Shown one piece after another: positions 17,835 through 20,000 of a stretch of 20,000 nucleotides of DNA. The DNA comes from an uncultured virus (IMG/VR IMGVR_UViG_3300010885_080890) (taxonomy: Duplodnaviria > Heunggongvirae > Uroviricota > Caudoviricetes), in the IMG/VR virus record IMGVR_UViG_3300010885_080890. One strand, 5' to 3'. Each line of letters begins with the position of its first letter. Within the stretch, counting starts at the first letter, position 1. Both the position numbers and the translations under genes were made by a program. Under the pieces are notes generated by a model that saw nothing but the letters and a program-made list of their open reading frames with translations, searched no databases and had not been told where the DNA came from.

Positions 17835-18181
17835 GTATGTCCCCGATAGCTGTTGTAGCTAGAATAGCTACTGAACCTGTAGAAAAGAGTTTAGATCAGA
17901 AATTGGCTAATAAAATAAAAGATGAAGTAGTTACTAAATCTGAAGAATGTTATGAAGACGAGACTGGTAATGTAAGAATGTGTAAAAAATGTGAGCAAAA
18001 ATCCAGGAATTTTGTAGGTAACTATAATAAATATAATATGCAAGAAAGAGTAAATTTAGTCAATTTTTTAAAGCAATTAAATGAAAAAAATTATGCCGAG
18101 GCACATAAATATTTAAAGAAAGTTATGGAATCTAAACTCGCAAATCGTATTGCTAAGAACAAGAATGTGAGGTTGTTCTAA
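17831..18181 (+). CDS. Small hypothetical protein, possibly prohead core (long 116-aa form; a 47-aa form probably starts at 18038)
   Basis: ATGA overlap with gp21, located between the protease and scaffold genes. An internal in-frame ATG at 18038 is preceded by TAAATA-TAAT. Confidence 0.5.
   Translation: MSMSPIAVVARIATEPVEKSLDQKLANKIKDEVVTKSEECYEDETGNVRMCKKCEQKSRNFVGNYNKYNMQERVNLVNFLKQLNEKNYAEAHKYLKKVMESKLANRIAKNKNVRLF
18028..18040 (+). promoter_or_regulatory. Intragenic TAAATA box 4 nt before an in-frame ATG
   Basis: AA-TAAATA-TAAT-ATG, the same geometry as at 4742, 7709 and 15679. Confidence 0.6.
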
Positions 18182-18182
18182 T

Positions 18183-19058
18183 ATGGCTAAGGATATCAAA
18201 GCAATTTTAAAGGAAGCAACCCAAGATCTTCTCTCTGAGGAAGTTCTTAAGGAGATAGAAAATGCTTTTAATACGGCTATCAGTGAAAAAGTCCAAATTC
18301 ACGTGACAAAAGCTCTTACGGAACAAGATGAAGATTATAGTAAAAAGCTAGAGCATCTACTAGCCGCTATTGATGCTGATCATACATCTAAACTAGAAAA
18401 AGTTGTTGAAGCTATTGATTCAAATCATTCTGAAAAATTAAAAGCTATCGTTTCAAAGTATAGTGATGCTCTCAATAAAGAGGCTAAATCATTCAAGAAT
18501 TCTACAATCGATAATATTAGCACTTATCTAGAAGCTTATCTAGATGAGGTTATTCCTGCTAGTGAAGTTAAGGATGCAGTTAAGAATCGTAAGGCTCTAG
18601 AAGTTCTAGACCAACTGAGATCAATTTTGGGCATTGATGCTGCCCTAGCGAAAGAAAGTATTCGCGAAGCCATTAGAGATGGAAAGCGTCAAATACAAGA
18701 AGCTTCTGAGAAGCTTGAAGCCGCTAATAAAGAATTAGCTAAGACAAAAGCAGAACTTGCCGCTAGATCCGCTGAACTTACTCTTGAGAAAAAGACAGTT
18801 GGCTTAGCAACTCGCAAGAAGGATTATATCAATAAGGTAATGAAGAATAAGGATTCGCAATTCATTACTGAAAATATTGATTATGCTTTAAGCTTATTTG
18901 ATAAGACAGAAAAAGAGCGGCTTCAAAACATTAAAGAGGAAGCAGTACAGGAGGCAACGGCAGCTAGGGTTGACCGTCCTGTAATTGAGGAAAGCACGGA
19001 AACATCTGTAACAGAAGTTCAGATGAACCCTTACCTCAAAGAGCTTTCTAAATACTAA
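18183..19058 (+). CDS. gp22: Prohead core scaffolding protein, T4 gp22-like
   Basis: 291 aa, Glu/Lys/Ala-rich coiled coil. LSEE.LKEI..AF..A N-terminus, I..YL.AYLDE, and MNPYL..LSK C-terminus. Directly upstream of gp23. Confidence 0.82.
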   Translation: MAKDIKAILKEATQDLLSEEVLKEIENAFNTAISEKVQIHVTKALTEQDEDYSKKLEHLLAAIDADHTSKLEKVVEAIDSNHSEKLKAIVSKYSDALNKEAKSFKNSTIDNISTYLEAYLDEVIPASEVKDAVKNRKALEVLDQLRSILGIDAALAKESIREAIRDGKRQIQEASEKLEAANKELAKTKAELAARSAELTLEKKTVGLATRKKDYINKVMKNKDSQFITENIDYALSLFDKTEKERLQNIKEEAVQEATAARVDRPVIEESTETSVTEVQMNPYLKELSKY

Positions 19059-19134
19059 TTTTAAAGAGGCTATTGCCTGAATATATAATGTAGAAATTTT
19101 TTCTACAGGTCGAAATATTAAGGAGAACAAATAC
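19049..19134 (+). promoter_or_regulatory. gp23 leader: TAAATA box, two hairpins and a strong Shine-Dalgarno site
   Basis: TAAATA at 19049-19054. AGGC-TATT-GCCT at 19067-19078. TGTAGAAA-TTT-TTTCTACA at 19089-19107. TAAGGAG at 19119-19125. ATG at 19135. Confidence 0.65.
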
Positions 19135-20000
19135 ATGAAATCAATCAGACCTACACAGTCTTACATTGATGAGACTCGCGCTCAAGCGTTGCTCGAAAAG
19201 TGGAAACCAGTTCTAGATTATACCTCTGATAACGTTAAGGCTATCAATGACGATCATACTCGTTTGAATACTGCCATGCTCTTGGAAAACCAAGAAGCCT
19301 GGTGTGTTAACGAGGCGAACGTTGCTGGTGGTACTTCCAGCGTTTTCGGTGGCGTTAATGCCGGTGCCTACGGTGGCGTCGGTGGTAACGTTCCAGGAGG
19401 TGGATCTGACTGGTACGCTTCTGGCGATGCCCGTTTGCCCAAGATTCTCATTCCAATGATTCGTCGTACGTTCCCTGAGTTAATCACCAATGAAATCGTC
19501 GGCGTACAGCCCATGGGTGGTCCAGTTGGACTTGCCTTTGCTCTACGCTACAAGTATGCAGCTAATGCTCTTGGTTATGATGCAGCTGGCACAGGCCTTG
19601 ATGCTTCCCTCGGAAGTAATCTAAGCAACCCTCAAGCCGCTGCTAATGGCAAAGAGCTTGGTTATCAGTACCTTGACACTCGCTACACTGGCACATCCAG
19701 CGCTCGCCTCTCCGGCGGCGACGGGGTAGCTGCCAGTCTGTTCCCATTCGTGGGGGCAGATACAGGCGTTGCACAGCTTCTAAGCAATTTCGAATTGACG
19801 AGTAAAATTCCTCAAATCGAAGTTAGCTTTGAAAAGACAGCTGTCGAGGCTGGTACACGCAGATTAGCCGCACGCTGGTCGGTTGAACTCGAACAGGATC
19901 TAAAGAACATGAACGGTATTGATATCGATACTGAGCTCACAAACGCAATGTCTTATGAGCTACAGGCCGAAATCGATCGTGAAATGATCATCAGAATGAT
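19135..20000 (+). CDS. gp23: Major capsid protein, T4 gp23-like (partial; runs off the window end)
   Basis: Manual translation: MKSIRPTQSYIDETRAQALLEKWKPVLD...TAMLLENQE...ILIPMIRRTFPELITNEIVGVQPMGGPVGLAFALRYKY...FEKTAVEAGTRRLAARWSVELEQDLKNMNGID...EIDREMI. These are classic gp23 motifs. Absent from the ORF track because there is no stop in the window. Confidence 0.97.
   Translation, partial: MKSIRPTQSYIDETRAQALLEKWKPVLDYTSDNVKAINDDHTRLNTAMLLENQEAWCVNEANVAGGTSSVFGGVNAGAYGGVGGNVPGGGSDWYASGDARLPKILIPMIRRTFPELITNEIVGVQPMGGPVGLAFALRYKYAANALGYDAAGTGLDASLGSNLSNPQAAANGKELGYQYLDTRYTGTSSARLSGGDGVAASLFPFVGADTGVAQLLSNFELTSKIPQIEVSFEKTAVEAGTRRLAARWSVELEQDLKNMNGIDIDTELTNAMSYELQAEIDREMIIRM

Noticed and set aside
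19081..19107. Minus-strand AATTTCTAC, resembling the start of a Cas12a repeat (possible RNA anti-CRISPR or mini-array)
   Set aside because: It is followed by ATTATAT rather than a loop plus GTAGAT, so the Cas12a stem cannot form. It is a single copy with no spacers and is explained by the leader hairpin.
598..19136. All minus-strand ORFs in the track (60-103 aa)
   Set aside because: They are short, antisense to long well-supported plus-strand genes, and have no recognisable motifs or start signals; most likely shadow ORFs.
1..20000. Stop-codon reassignment (TAG or TGA recoding)
   Set aside because: Genes are long and tile the window under the standard code. Conserved genes (gp13, gp4, gp21, gp23) have no internal stops. 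The two TAG stops are followed by TAA within a few codons.

Overview
AT-rich, tightly packed, all plus-strand virion-structure region of a T4-like (T4 superfamily) myophage, probably from an uncultured lineage. Bases 1-15681 hold the end of one gene and seven mostly large genes that look like baseplate, fibre or appendage proteins. They carry adhesin-type folds: InlB-B-like Ig repeats, an L-type lectin with FG-GAP repeats, PKD-like, LamG, NHL and Asp-box/BNR propeller domains. Bases 15689-20000 hold recognisable T4-type genes in a non-T4 order: gp13 neck, gp4 head completion, gp21 prohead protease, a small core-like ORF, gp22 scaffold and the 5' part of gp23 major capsid (missing from the ORF track). 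Four observations stand out. (1) A TAAATA late-promoter-like box lies at nearly every non-overlapping gene junction, often built on the upstream TAA stop and 4-5 nt before an ATG with no Shine-Dalgarno site, which suggests leaderless late mRNAs; the same pattern reveals a hidden internal start at 18038. (2) Three otherwise unrelated proteins share a ~45-50 aa C-terminal module. (3) Several proteins have one domain inserted inside another. (4) A tandem paralog pair shares a His-rich N-terminus. No RNA gene, CRISPR array, reverse transcriptase or mobile element was seen. All domain calls come from motif recognition by eye, not database searches.
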